In this document: positions 1 to 8,168 of the stretch, one piece after another | How the letters are laid out: every line of letters begins with the position of its first letter | How positions within the stretch are numbered: the first letter of the stretch is position 1 | IMG/VR virus record: IMGVR_UViG_3300029866_000016 | Coordinates: 1-41,506 of that record | Length of the DNA: 41,506 bases | Direction: 5' to 3' (one strand) | From: a virus | Position numbers and translations under genes: made by a program | The notes under the pieces: model-generated | What the model saw: only the letters and a program-made list of their open reading frames with translations | The model's database searches: none | Told to the model about the DNA's origin: nothing

Positions 1-160
1 AGCAGCACCAACTCAAGGGCTGCCCGGCACTCCGGCACCGGCACCGGCTCAACAATACGCACCAGCAGCACCAACTCAAGGGCTGCCCGGCACTCCGGCA
101 CCGGCATACGATTATCTAAACCCGCCCGCGCAACATATTGATGCCGACGTGCCGCAATAG
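1..160 (+). CDS. C-terminal end of the SSB-like gene that runs off the window at 41506 (gene spans the junction)
   Basis: The frame with codons at 2-4, 5-7 and so on continues the PAAPxQGLPGTPAPAQQY repeat seen at 41313-41506. It ends ...YDYLNPPAQHIDADVPQ with TAG at 158-160. The acidic tip resembles SSB and T7 gp2.5 tails. Confidence 0.7.
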   Translation, partial: AAPTQGLPGTPAPAPAQQYAPAAPTQGLPGTPAPAYDYLNPPAQHIDADVPQ

Positions 161-167
161 TAACCAC

Positions 168-196
168 GCCGCCCTAAACTCAGGGCGGCTATTTTT
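168..196 (+). terminator. Rho-independent terminator after the SSB-like gene
   Basis: 8-bp stem gccgccct (168-175) / agggcggc (182-189), 6-nt loop, followed by tattttt. Confidence 0.75.
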
Positions 197-207
197 GAGA
201 GGCTAAA

Positions 208-2139
208 ATGTACGAAATTTACGATATCGAAACATATCCGAACTGCTTTACGTCAACACATTACAACGTGCAAACTGGGGAGTGGGTGACATTTGAAATA
301 TCTGAGCGACGCACCGATTTGGCAGCACTCATTGCTCACTTAAACCAGTTGATGATAACTAATACCTATCTCGTGGGCTTTAACAATGTGCATTTTGATT
401 GGCCGGTGCTGTCGATGGTTTTGCAGGACGATGCGATCAGTGTTGATGATCTATATTTTCGATCACAATCTATATTTGCTAGCGATGACCAATACGAATT
501 TGTGGATTGGGAACCGCTAGTCAAACAAATAGATTTGTATAAAATACATCATTTTGACAATACTGCAAAGCGTACATCACTCAAAGTATTAGAGATTAAT
601 ATGATGATGCGGAGCGTTCAAGATTTACCAATATCACCGGGCACGACATTATCGTTCGTGCAAATGGACGAGCTGCGCGAATACAATCGGCACGATGTGT
701 TAGCCACCTCGATGTTTTTTGAGTACTCACGTGCGCAGATTGAGTTTAGAATGTCGTTAGGTGAGCACACATTAAATAGTAACGATACCAAAATTGGTAA
801 AGATTATTTTATAAAACATTTGGGTTTGCAAAAGCCCTACCACCAATCACCACGTATATCAATACCGCTGAAAAATATAATATTTCCTTACATTGATTTT
901 ATAAGCCCTGACCTCAAACGCGTGCTCGAATACTTGAAAACCATCGACATCGTGGGAACCAAGGATAGCTTTAAGCCACTCACGCCCACAATTGGTGACC
1001 TGACGGTAACAGTTAGACAAGGTGGCATACACGGTTCGGTGAGCAGTGAGACTGTCACGTCAAACACTACACATGCTGTCATAGATATTGACGTGGCGAG
1101 TTACTACCCAAGTTTATCAATTGCTAACGACTTATATCCCGAGCACTTAGGCCGCCAACAATTTTGCGACATTTACGCAGATATCAAAAAAGAAAGGCAG
1201 GCTTACGATAAAAAAGACCCAAGAAATGGAATGATTAAGTTGGCACTAAACGGGGTGTATGGTGATAGTGGCAACCCATACAGTGCATTTTATGACCCTC
1301 AATATACAATGACCATCACAATCAATGGTCAATTATTATTGTGTAAACTCGCGGAAATATTGACCGGTCATATTGCTGACTTGCGACTCTTACAGATAAA
1401 CACGGACGGTATGACAATGTTAGTTAACCGTAATGACCTCACACGGATGCGTGAAATGATGAGGCAGTGGGAAGTGTGGGCGCGTGGCCTAGCGTTAGAA
1501 GAGGTTGAATATTCGTCGATGTTTATACGTGACGTTAACAATTACATGGCTGTTAAGCTTGATGGGGGCATCAAGCGCATTGGTGAATTTTGTCACGAGA
1601 CCGCAAAAGAAAATCCAGCAACTAGAGAAATTGCGTGGCATAAAGATCACGGCGCTTTGGTCATACCCAAGGCCGTTGAAGCTTATTTGTTGCACCGCGT
1701 AGACCCTGCTACTTTTATTCGATCACACGCCCAGGGTTTTGACTTCATGCTAAAAGCTAAGGTGCCTAAGAGTAATTATTTGACACTAGGCGGCGCTCGA
1801 ATTCAAAATACATCGCGATATTATGTTAGTAATACCGGTGGGCAGCTAACTAAAATCAGCCCACCCACTGAGGGTTACGAAGTCGGATGGTTTAAAAAAG
1901 CAAATGGGGTTAGCGCTCACGACTATTTCAGTGTGCCACCCACGACCCACGACCCACGATACCACACTAAAAATAAGTCACTGTATACACAGCGCACGAC
2001 TAATTTTGAAGCGGGGTGGTTAGTGAGCCTGTGCAATGACGCGTTTGATTTTGACCCGTCAAATGTCAATGTTGAATATTACACTCGACGGGCTTGGACA
2101 TTAATTAACAGTGTTAATCCGCACCAATCAAATCAATAG
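208..2139 (+). CDS. DNA polymerase, family-B-like, with N-terminal DEDD 3'-5' exonuclease (643 aa)
   Basis: Exo motifs are YDIETYP, FNNVHFDWPVL and YNRHDVLAT. Polymerase motifs are DVASYYPS (A, DxxSLYPS-like), KLALNGVYG (B, KxxxNSxYG-like) and QINTDGM (C, DTDS-like). An RBS gagagg lies upstream of the ATG. Confidence 0.8.
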   Translation: MYEIYDIETYPNCFTSTHYNVQTGEWVTFEISERRTDLAALIAHLNQLMITNTYLVGFNNVHFDWPVLSMVLQDDAISVDDLYFRSQSIFASDDQYEFVDWEPLVKQIDLYKIHHFDNTAKRTSLKVLEINMMMRSVQDLPISPGTTLSFVQMDELREYNRHDVLATSMFFEYSRAQIEFRMSLGEHTLNSNDTKIGKDYFIKHLGLQKPYHQSPRISIPLKNIIFPYIDFISPDLKRVLEYLKTIDIVGTKDSFKPLTPTIGDLTVTVRQGGIHGSVSSETVTSNTTHAVIDIDVASYYPSLSIANDLYPEHLGRQQFCDIYADIKKERQAYDKKDPRNGMIKLALNGVYGDSGNPYSAFYDPQYTMTITINGQLLLCKLAEILTGHIADLRLLQINTDGMTMLVNRNDLTRMREMMRQWEVWARGLALEEVEYSSMFIRDVNNYMAVKLDGGIKRIGEFCHETAKENPATREIAWHKDHGALVIPKAVEAYLLHRVDPATFIRSHAQGFDFMLKAKVPKSNYLTLGGARIQNTSRYYVSNTGGQLTKISPPTEGYEVGWFKKANGVSAHDYFSVPPTTHDPRYHTKNKSLYTQRTTNFEAGWLVSLCNDAFDFDPSNVNVEYYTRRAWTLINSVNPHQSNQ

Positions 2140-2290
2140 CCGCTTGCGCTTCATCGCGCAGCTCAAACAAACGCTCAGGTGTAACTGGGCCGAGTTCACG
2201 CTCTTGTGCAAATCGAGTTGCACTAATGTTGTAAGATTCGAGTAGACGTAAACCCGCTTCGGCAACTGCTAGTATTGCTACAGCATTCAT
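2114..2290 (-). CDS. Small protein (58 aa) at the end of the lysis cassette, function unknown
   Basis: Not in the ORF track because it is under 60 aa. ATG at 2290-2288 overlaps the upstream TGA (ATGA) and is preceded by aaagagg. Sequence: MNAVAILAVAEAGLRLLESYNISATRFAQERELGPVTPERLFELRDEAQAAIDLIGAD. Its 3' end overlaps the convergent polymerase 3' end by 26 nt. Confidence 0.45.
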   Translation of the reverse strand: MNAVAILAVAEAGLRLLESYNISATRFAQERELGPVTPERLFELRDEAQAAIDLIGAD

Positions 2291-2655
2291 TGTGATACCT
2301 CTTTTCTGATTAGTTGGGTGATAGATAGTGCACTAGATATTTTAGATTGCGCCCCAGTCTGATCGACAACACATGCTGCACTAACTGTAACAATGCACAT
2401 CAACCCCTCAGCTTGTCTCACTGAGTCGGCAGCAGTTTGCAATCGGTTTTTAATCCTCAGCGCTTGTAAACCCGTGATACTCTTACTCAATCTCGCAAGC
2501 TCTACTTGCTTTGCTGTTTCGGAGATTTGGATATAAGCAAAGGCAATGCCTTCAACTGGACTATTGATTTGAGGGGGTGACACACATGCCACACTTAGCA
2601 GTAATACGACTGCTAGCATCATATTACGCATTCTTTTTGTCCGGAAAAAATGCAC
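2287..2655 (-). CDS. Putative spanin-like lipoprotein / lysis accessory protein
   Basis: Signal-like N-terminus MMLAVVLLLSVAC followed by VSPPQ (imperfect lipobox), then a helical region. It sits directly after the holin. Internal Met codons (2631, 2622) are more likely starts than 2655. Confidence 0.35.
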   Translation of the reverse strand: MHFFRTKRMRNMMLAVVLLLSVACVSPPQINSPVEGIAFAYIQISETAKQVELARLSKSITGLQALRIKNRLQTAADSVRQAEGLMCIVTVSAACVVDQTGAQSKISSALSITQLIRKEVSQ

Positions 2656-2797
2656 CGAGAAGTCCCACGCCTGCTAGTCCAATGACTACGATTGATTCAA
2701 TTTGTTCGGGTGAAAGCATCACCCCAAATGACATTAGCAGTGCAATAATTCCACGCCACGTCGATGCTTCACTTGCTCGTTCTAATAAATATTTCAT
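2624..2797 (-). CDS. Putative holin (57 aa, two TM segments)
   Basis: MKYLLERASEASTWRGIIALLMSFGVML...IVVIGLAGVGLLGAFFPDKKNA has two hydrophobic helices and a charged C-terminus. The ATG at 2797 lies 7 nt after GAGGG within the endolysin stop region. The ORF-track start at 2827 would overlap the endolysin. Confidence 0.6.
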   Translation of the reverse strand: MKYLLERASEASTWRGIIALLMSFGVMLSPEQIESIVVIGLAGVGLLGAFFPDKKNA

Positions 2798-2801
2798 AAT
2801 T

Positions 2802-3353
2802 TTAACCCTCATTGTCGTCGTATGCACGGCGATACCAGCCGCGCTTGTATTTTCCCATCATGGGTTTTTTAGTAATAATCATCCGATATACAGCCGCTTG
2901 CTCAGACCTAAATGCTGTTAGCAATCGAGCATTGTCGAGGTCGTTAACTGCATTTAGACTTTTGGGGCCAAACTTACCATCACTAACTAAATACCTTCCG
3001 ACGGCCCGGCAAGCGCGTTGTATGCAACGGTTAGCTTGAGGGTGTCCCATATTGACCGCAGTATCAAAAATCTTATTAGTAACCCCCTGATCGCAGATAT
3101 ATTTGTAGTTAGTATTCTTAAAAAAATATCGAAAGTAAAAATTATAAGCATCATCATGGTCTGCTAATTTAATATCATCAATATCAATATCCCCGTCACC
3201 ATCAATATCAAATCTCAAGTCATTAGTCTTAGCTAGTGTGCGTAACGATATCCCCCACTTTGTTGCACCGCCGGGGTCGTCAGGGTCATTGGTAAATTTG
3301 TGACCACCCTCTCGCGGCAGCATAAATTCAAACGCAGGCTTAAACTCAGACAT
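2802..3353 (-). CDS. Endolysin, GH108-type muramidase with C-terminal peptidoglycan-binding-like region
   Basis: N-terminal LPREGGHKFTNDPDDPGGATKWGIS matches the GH108 EGG...D.GG.T..GI signature. The C-terminal DGKFGPKSL...YR... resembles PG_binding_3. It is followed by the holin. Confidence 0.8.
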   Translation of the reverse strand: MSEFKPAFEFMLPREGGHKFTNDPDDPGGATKWGISLRTLAKTNDLRFDIDGDGDIDIDDIKLADHDDAYNFYFRYFFKNTNYKYICDQGVTNKIFDTAVNMGHPQANRCIQRACRAVGRYLVSDGKFGPKSLNAVNDLDNARLLTAFRSEQAAVYRMIITKKPMMGKYKRGWYRRAYDDNEG

Positions 3354-4576
3354 TAGAAAAACTCCTCAATAATGACAAGTCCATCACCACCGTTACTAGC
3401 ATTGATTAATAGTCCTGGGATAGGTACCTGAGCACCGCCGCCGCCGCTACCCACACCCCCTCGCGGTGGTGATGCTAGAGGGTTAAATTTAACTGCGCCG
3501 TTGCCAAAAAATGCCGCATCACCCCCATTACCTAATGATATAAATTGCAACAATCCGCTGGTATTCGACGAGGTAGTGCCAGCGTCACCAGGTTGACCTG
3601 TTAAATTTAATTGCCCGCCCGTGGCGCCCCCCCCAGTCCCTCCTATATTACTACTTATGCTTATAGAGGGTGGGATGTTGAGACCAGAGACACCGGGTGC
3701 ACCACCGCCCGATGCTGTCATTGTATTAAATCCGACACCTGATATTGAGCTGTCACCGCCCGCAGCGCCGATAAGACCACCAACACCTACATTTATGGTC
3801 ATGGAGTCCGGAAGTAAAGACCTTGCAAAGGTGCCGATGGTCACCCCAGCACCACCTCCACCACCACCACTAGCGATGACTGATGAGCTACTCAGATTAT
3901 TGCCACCAGCACCAGCACCCACGGCCATAAACTTGACACTGCGTGCGGCAACGGATGGGGAAAATTGAGTGTTGCTAGTCACTGTTATTAAATTGGTTGC
4001 TATTGGACTTGAGCTAATACCATTTAGTCGAGCCTGATCTGCTGCACTAATGACTCCAGCTTGAGTTATTGACGCGGATGGAATTGTAGCGTTAGAGCCT
4101 GTGCTTGATTGCACGGTGACTTGTGTAGCAGTGCGCGCTACTGTCAAGTCAGTCGTACCAACCCCAGCCCCACCACCGATAAAGTCGACAAGTGTTCGCC
4201 AGTGCGATGGGATATTTACACCGTTTGCGGGGTCGCGAACCCCATCGACCGCGCCTGGACCACTTAACTCGGTGGACACATAAAACGTCCCATCCGATCC
4301 CCGCACCACACCGTTGAGGGTGGTGTAGTCGACGGTTTCCGACCACCCTAAAATGCCTGAGCGATCCACCTCAGTCGCTAACTCGTATAAGATATGTAAA
4401 ATCTCGTTAATGTCAGCGCTGTCAGCGAGTGTATCAAAACCAAAACCACTCAATAGTGTAGCAGGAGTTAGTGCGGTGTTACGATACGCCACCCCTTGTG
4501 CAGGCACGGTGGGGATAGTAGTGTTAGCATCATCGCCAAAAATTGCGGGGATATTGTTATCACGAGTGTTAGCCAT
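3353..4576 (-). CDS. Tail fiber / adhesin with glycine-rich C-terminal domain
   Basis: Follows the J-like and DUF2612-like genes. The C-terminal half contains many GGxGG tracts (GGGGGGAG, GGTGGGATGG, GGVGSGGGGA) and ends GGDGLVIIEEFF. Confidence 0.65.
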   Translation of the reverse strand: MANTRDNNIPAIFGDDANTTIPTVPAQGVAYRNTALTPATLLSGFGFDTLADSADINEILHILYELATEVDRSGILGWSETVDYTTLNGVVRGSDGTFYVSTELSGPGAVDGVRDPANGVNIPSHWRTLVDFIGGGAGVGTTDLTVARTATQVTVQSSTGSNATIPSASITQAGVISAADQARLNGISSSPIATNLITVTSNTQFSPSVAARSVKFMAVGAGAGGNNLSSSSVIASGGGGGGAGVTIGTFARSLLPDSMTINVGVGGLIGAAGGDSSISGVGFNTMTASGGGAPGVSGLNIPPSISISSNIGGTGGGATGGQLNLTGQPGDAGTTSSNTSGLLQFISLGNGGDAAFFGNGAVKFNPLASPPRGGVGSGGGGAQVPIPGLLINASNGGDGLVIIEEFF

Positions 4577-5292
4577 TATGTAAACTCACTTAATTGTTGA
4601 GGAGTAAATCCTACGCTGAACGCGGAAGTGTCAAAGTGTCGCCCGTCACTATCAAAGCCAAATGCCCCGTCGGGTGCGGCGACTATATTAGTTATTCTTG
4701 CAGTTACCGGCAGCGGTAAAATAGTGCGCTGCTCAATAAAAATATCGGACTCATTGATCATTAAAGTAGTGAGCTGACCAAGTGTGATATCAGTCGGCAC
4801 GATCATTCGCAATTCCATCGGCCCCACGCGTATAAAGCTGACATCTAGCCCATTAAATAACTGTATAAAGCGGATCAATTCGGGGAGGCTTGCAGGACGT
4901 ACATGATTTTTAAAAATCTTTGAAAATATTAAACGTCTAAACTCGGAATCTAACGCTGGGAGACTTCCGAATAACACTGCGCCATCGGAAAACCAAGGGC
5001 TTGTGTCGAGCCGTCCGCGATTATCAAACCCAAAAAATACCCGCTGATCTGCGTTTAGTGATATGCGCGGCTGACCTACAATTCGACCCCACACATCGAG
5101 ATTTACGTCGGCCGCGCGATCTAACTGAAAAACGTCTAGCGTACCGACTATTGCATCATGCAGTTCTTGTTCTTCTTCAATCAGTGCTGTCAGGAAACAA
5201 TTAATTAAAAATGAGCGACTGAATTGAAACATCAGTCGCGACCCACCCTGAACTACTAAGTCTTTGTTAATTGGGGAAGTGTCAACTAACAT
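4576..5292 (-). CDS. Baseplate / tail-fiber-associated protein (DUF2612-like)
   Basis: Positioned after the J-like gene. The motif ...LDRAADVNLDVWGRIVGQPR resembles the DUF2612 pattern as I remember it. Confidence 0.5.
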   Translation of the reverse strand: MLVDTSPINKDLVVQGGSRLMFQFSRSFLINCFLTALIEEEQELHDAIVGTLDVFQLDRAADVNLDVWGRIVGQPRISLNADQRVFFGFDNRGRLDTSPWFSDGAVLFGSLPALDSEFRRLIFSKIFKNHVRPASLPELIRFIQLFNGLDVSFIRVGPMELRMIVPTDITLGQLTTLMINESDIFIEQRTILPLPVTARITNIVAAPDGAFGFDSDGRHFDTSAFSVGFTPQQLSEFT

Positions 5293-6508
5293 TTATGAAA
5301 ATCCGTGTGCTGTCGAATGTTGCGATCTGATCGAAATTAATAGGTACGGTAGCCATATTAATAGTTAGGCTCGACAATCCTAACTGTATACTGTTAACAA
5401 TGTGGCCCGGTACGCTGTTGACTGGAGTATACAATCTTGATGCACTCACTGATTCGCCTGGTAAAAATCCTATTTGTTGAAATCCTATGTCGATCCCTAA
5501 TCCTGCTGCGCCATCCTGGGCATAGCTTAATATTGCGTCGATCATGCGACTGACACCATCGGTACCAAATTGACGCAAGTCATTGACTGTCGTATTGATT
5601 GCTACAAATAATTCAACCGGTGACGGTCTAATCCATCTTATCTCGTTGTTGATGCCTCGCCGGTCTGTGATAGTCATGGAGGTGTTGCCAAAATATCCTA
5701 CACCGGTTGCTGTGCGTAAAAATAAAGTTTCAGCAATCACTTGATCGTTACCGCCTTGCAGCACCGCAGCGATAGACTTACCTGGTAATCCGCGAGCATC
5801 TGTGATTAATGTGTCATTGACGAGCAGCCGAACAAATTCAGTGCCTGGAATATTAGAGAGTGCACTAAAAATGGCCTCACTTGTGCTTTGACTTGGGGCT
5901 TCGGTGGTTCGCGCCCGACGTGCCCGCAATGCTGAATCAGATTCTTCAAGCGCGCCAGGGTTTGCGTCCAACAAATTAACGACACTAGACCACCCATTAA
6001 TAGGGGTGAGAATATTAGTTAGGGTGCCGGCTTGAGCAGGGACAGCACCGGTTATTTCTGATAGTGCGGTTACTGTGCCAGCGCCCGAGCCATCGAGTGT
6101 AATGTCTGCTGTAGTCACAAATGTCACAATTTGTACAGGGTCTGACACCCTTTGCCCTAACTGAATTATAGTGCCGGGGGTGCCGGTCAATTGTAATTCA
6201 ACAGTCGACACTGTGGCTTCACGACGTGTGATCCCATTGACTTGCACACTTGCTGATTGCACCACACCTGTCGCCGCATCAGGATCTAAAAAACGTACTA
6301 CATTTTCTAGTTGCATCCACGCTTCAGCATTTGCCTCGATTGTCGCATCGAGTATTTGCACAAGCGGGTCGTTTTCGTCAAAATCAACATTTAGTGATTC
6401 CCCGGTGTCAGGGTCAGTGATTAGTGACAGTCGAGCATATAAACTGGCACGAATGTCAGCGAGTCGTTTGAGTCTAAAGCCCTCCGGCATTAATCCAAAA
6501 TCACCCAT
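5282..6508 (-). CDS. Baseplate J-like protein
   Basis: 408-423 aa protein between the W-like and DUF2612-like genes. The N-terminus MGDFGLMPEGFRLKRLADI is typical of J-like proteins, so I place the start at 6508. The ORF-track start at 6553 adds 15 aa and has no RBS. Confidence 0.7.
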   Translation of the reverse strand: MGDFGLMPEGFRLKRLADIRASLYARLSLITDPDTGESLNVDFDENDPLVQILDATIEANAEAWMQLENVVRFLDPDAATGVVQSASVQVNGITRREATVSTVELQLTGTPGTIIQLGQRVSDPVQIVTFVTTADITLDGSGAGTVTALSEITGAVPAQAGTLTNILTPINGWSSVVNLLDANPGALEESDSALRARRARTTEAPSQSTSEAIFSALSNIPGTEFVRLLVNDTLITDARGLPGKSIAAVLQGGNDQVIAETLFLRTATGVGYFGNTSMTITDRRGINNEIRWIRPSPVELFVAINTTVNDLRQFGTDGVSRMIDAILSYAQDGAAGLGIDIGFQQIGFLPGESVSASRLYTPVNSVPGHIVNSIQLGLSSLTINMATVPINFDQIATFDSTRIFINVS

Positions 6509-6560
6509 ACCACGAATCACACCTTTATATAGACAATTATCACAGTATAGCATTAAATAA

Positions 6561-6595
6561 GTATCAGACTTTACATTTATTATATAGTCTGATAC
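6561..6595. promoter_or_regulatory. Perfect 10-bp inverted repeat upstream of the plus-strand Cro-like cassette (operator or bidirectional element candidate)
   Basis: gtatcagact (6561-6570) and agtctgatac (6586-6595) are separated by an AT-rich 15-nt spacer, in the 74-nt gap between divergent genes. Confidence 0.45.
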
Positions 6596-6627
6596 TGTAT
6601 GATCGACTTAAGAGAGAGGATGACGGT

Positions 6628-6804
6628 ATGAGAGTGGGGACATTAAGAGAGTACATTGTCAAACATCACGAGGGGGTGCAAGCTAAATTTGCTAGAGCAA
6701 ATGATGTTGACCCACCACAGGTGACGCAATGGATTAACGGTCAGTTTTTAGTGATTGATCATGTGATGTATAGCAAGCGCCGGGAATTGATAAAACCGAA
6801 ATGA
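6628..6804 (+). CDS. Cro-like HTH protein (58 aa)
   Basis: Not in the ORF track. MRVGTLREYIVKHHEGVQAKFARANDVDPPQVTQWINGQFLVIDHVMYSKRRELIKPK aligns by eye with the lambda Cro layout (TLKDY...A...V.QS.I...I..G..I.L.I....Y....KP). RBS is gagagg. Its stop overlaps the next ATG (ATGA). Confidence 0.55.
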   Translation: MRVGTLREYIVKHHEGVQAKFARANDVDPPQVTQWINGQFLVIDHVMYSKRRELIKPK

Positions 6805-7043
6805 ACATAATCATAGAGTATATTTGGTATCGTGGATTTTATGATAATGATAACGTTTTAGGTGAGACGAGGTTGACTAGTCTTGTCAGGTCTAGGATTG
6901 GGGTCAAATCGGCAATTGAGAAATGGGTGAAGGAGTGGTTGAGCGTGGGTTATATCGAAATTATCACTATCAACACCATTTACGCAGACGACGAGATATA
7001 TTGCGAGATTGATTCAAAACGATTTGACGCTAAAATGGTATAA
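6801..7043 (+). CDS. Hypothetical protein (80 aa), second gene of the antisense cassette
   Basis: ORF coupled to the Cro-like gene by an ATGA overlap. It is AT-rich, and its 3' end overlaps the convergent baseplate W-like gene by 14 nt. Confidence 0.45.
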   Translation: MNIIIEYIWYRGFYDNDNVLGETRLTSLVRSRIGVKSAIEKWVKEWLSVGYIEIITINTIYADDEIYCEIDSKRFDAKMV

Positions 7044-7395
7044 CTAAGTCAGTGTCAATGATCCCTGCACTCGTTTGTACCGACATAGTAATCGAGTATG
7101 AGCGTGCTGAGGTATCAAAATTAGCGTCAAATGTGTTAATGCGGAGTACTCCAGGCACTGATAACACTCGTGATCTGAGCACTAAGTTGACCTCAGCGAC
7201 TGCGCTTTTTGAGCCTAGTAAATCAGTGTACCACGGGGTACCGTCTTGAATGTCGAGAAAATACTCACCCTGCAGATGTCGCAGGGTGACATTGATTCGC
7301 TGGTTAATCTCATCAATCCCATTTATCAATGCAAACCGACCATTTACAATTGACAAATCATGAGTCAAGGTGGGAAGGTTAAATGTAAAACTCAT
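7030..7395 (-). CDS. Baseplate wedge protein (gpW/gp25-like)
   Basis: 121 aa, located between the spike and J-like genes. QRINVTLRHLQGEYFLDIQDGTPW...LLG matches the W/gp25-type pattern. Confidence 0.6.
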   Translation of the reverse strand: MSFTFNLPTLTHDLSIVNGRFALINGIDEINQRINVTLRHLQGEYFLDIQDGTPWYTDLLGSKSAVAEVNLVLRSRVLSVPGVLRINTFDANFDTSARSYSITMSVQTSAGIIDTDLVIPF

Positions 7396-8168
7396 CAGCT
7401 TGGACCATCAGTTGTTTGTGTGCCACGATCAACACCAGTATGTACATGATCAGAAAATGTCAGTCCGTCAATGGTGGTCAATTCTAAAGCAGTAAGCACT
7501 TGACTGACATTGACAAGGCCTTGTATTGTAACATCTCCATTAATATTAAGACCGCCTGGCGCATCAATTGTGACGCCACCCGCTGAGTTGATTGTTATGC
7601 GTGCACTACCTGTCGATAAAGTAATGATACCACTGTCGACGGATATCACGCTGTCGCCGACCATGATCACCGCGTCGTCATCCGTGATCGACATTCGTAC
7701 GCTGCGATCACGGTTACGTAGTTCAAGGCCTTGGCTAAAATAGTTAGCCAAGGCCACTGGTGCTGGATTAGCACCCACAATCGCCAGACTATCCGTGATG
7801 TGATGTGATCGCGATTGCACGGGTTGTGCTGGGGATTGTACACCACTATTATCAACCCAGTTATCAATCGATCTATCACACACTGCTAGCAATACTTGAT
7901 CACCTGGGCGAACTGGCAGTGTGAGAGCAAACCCCGCACCGTGGGCATAAGGCATAACTAACGGTACATGCACAACCTCAGGCATATCTACAGTTATTCG
8001 TTCGTCGTCAATAGTGACGTATCGTCGGATATTTGGTTGTATTACCGCTAACTGGTCAGTGCTATTAAAGCTTACAACAGTGCCTGGTGTGTGGGTTCGT
8101 GCCCGTGATATCTCACGCCGCACAGTTTCCAGTAGTGCCCCTGATTCTGATTGCCCGCGCAAATCCAT
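7395..8168 (-). CDS. Baseplate central spike (gpV / gp138-like)
   Basis: N-terminal OB-like region (GTVVSFNSTDQLAVIQP...RPGDQVLLAVCDRSIDNW), beta-helical repeats (ITINSAGGVTIDAPGGLNINGDVTIQG) and a C-terminal HVH motif as found in spike apex metal sites. Confidence 0.7.
   Translation of the reverse strand: MDLRGQSESGALLETVRREISRARTHTPGTVVSFNSTDQLAVIQPNIRRYVTIDDERITVDMPEVVHVPLVMPYAHGAGFALTLPVRPGDQVLLAVCDRSIDNWVDNSGVQSPAQPVQSRSHHITDSLAIVGANPAPVALANYFSQGLELRNRDRSVRMSITDDDAVIMVGDSVISVDSGIITLSTGSARITINSAGGVTIDAPGGLNINGDVTIQGLVNVSQVLTALELTTIDGLTFSDHVHTGVDRGTQTTDGPS

Noticed and set aside
1-78. A genuine 78-bp direct terminal repeat marking physical genome ends
   Set aside because: The ends fall in the middle of a coding tandem repeat, and joining them restores one intact gene with its stop and terminator. 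An assembly overlap of a circular or permuted genome is more parsimonious. This is not proven without reads.
3621-4583. Plus-strand ORFs (115, 60 and 76 aa) and a 65-aa minus-strand ORF in an alternative frame (4149-4346), all overlapping the Gly-rich fiber gene
   Set aside because: The plus-strand ORFs give Pro-rich translations typical of the antisense of Gly codons, and the minus-strand one is an off-frame read of the same gene. None has an RBS, and all are embedded in a tightly coupled minus-strand operon. The same reasoning applies to the many 60-150-aa ORFs inside the capsid, TMP, portal and other genes.
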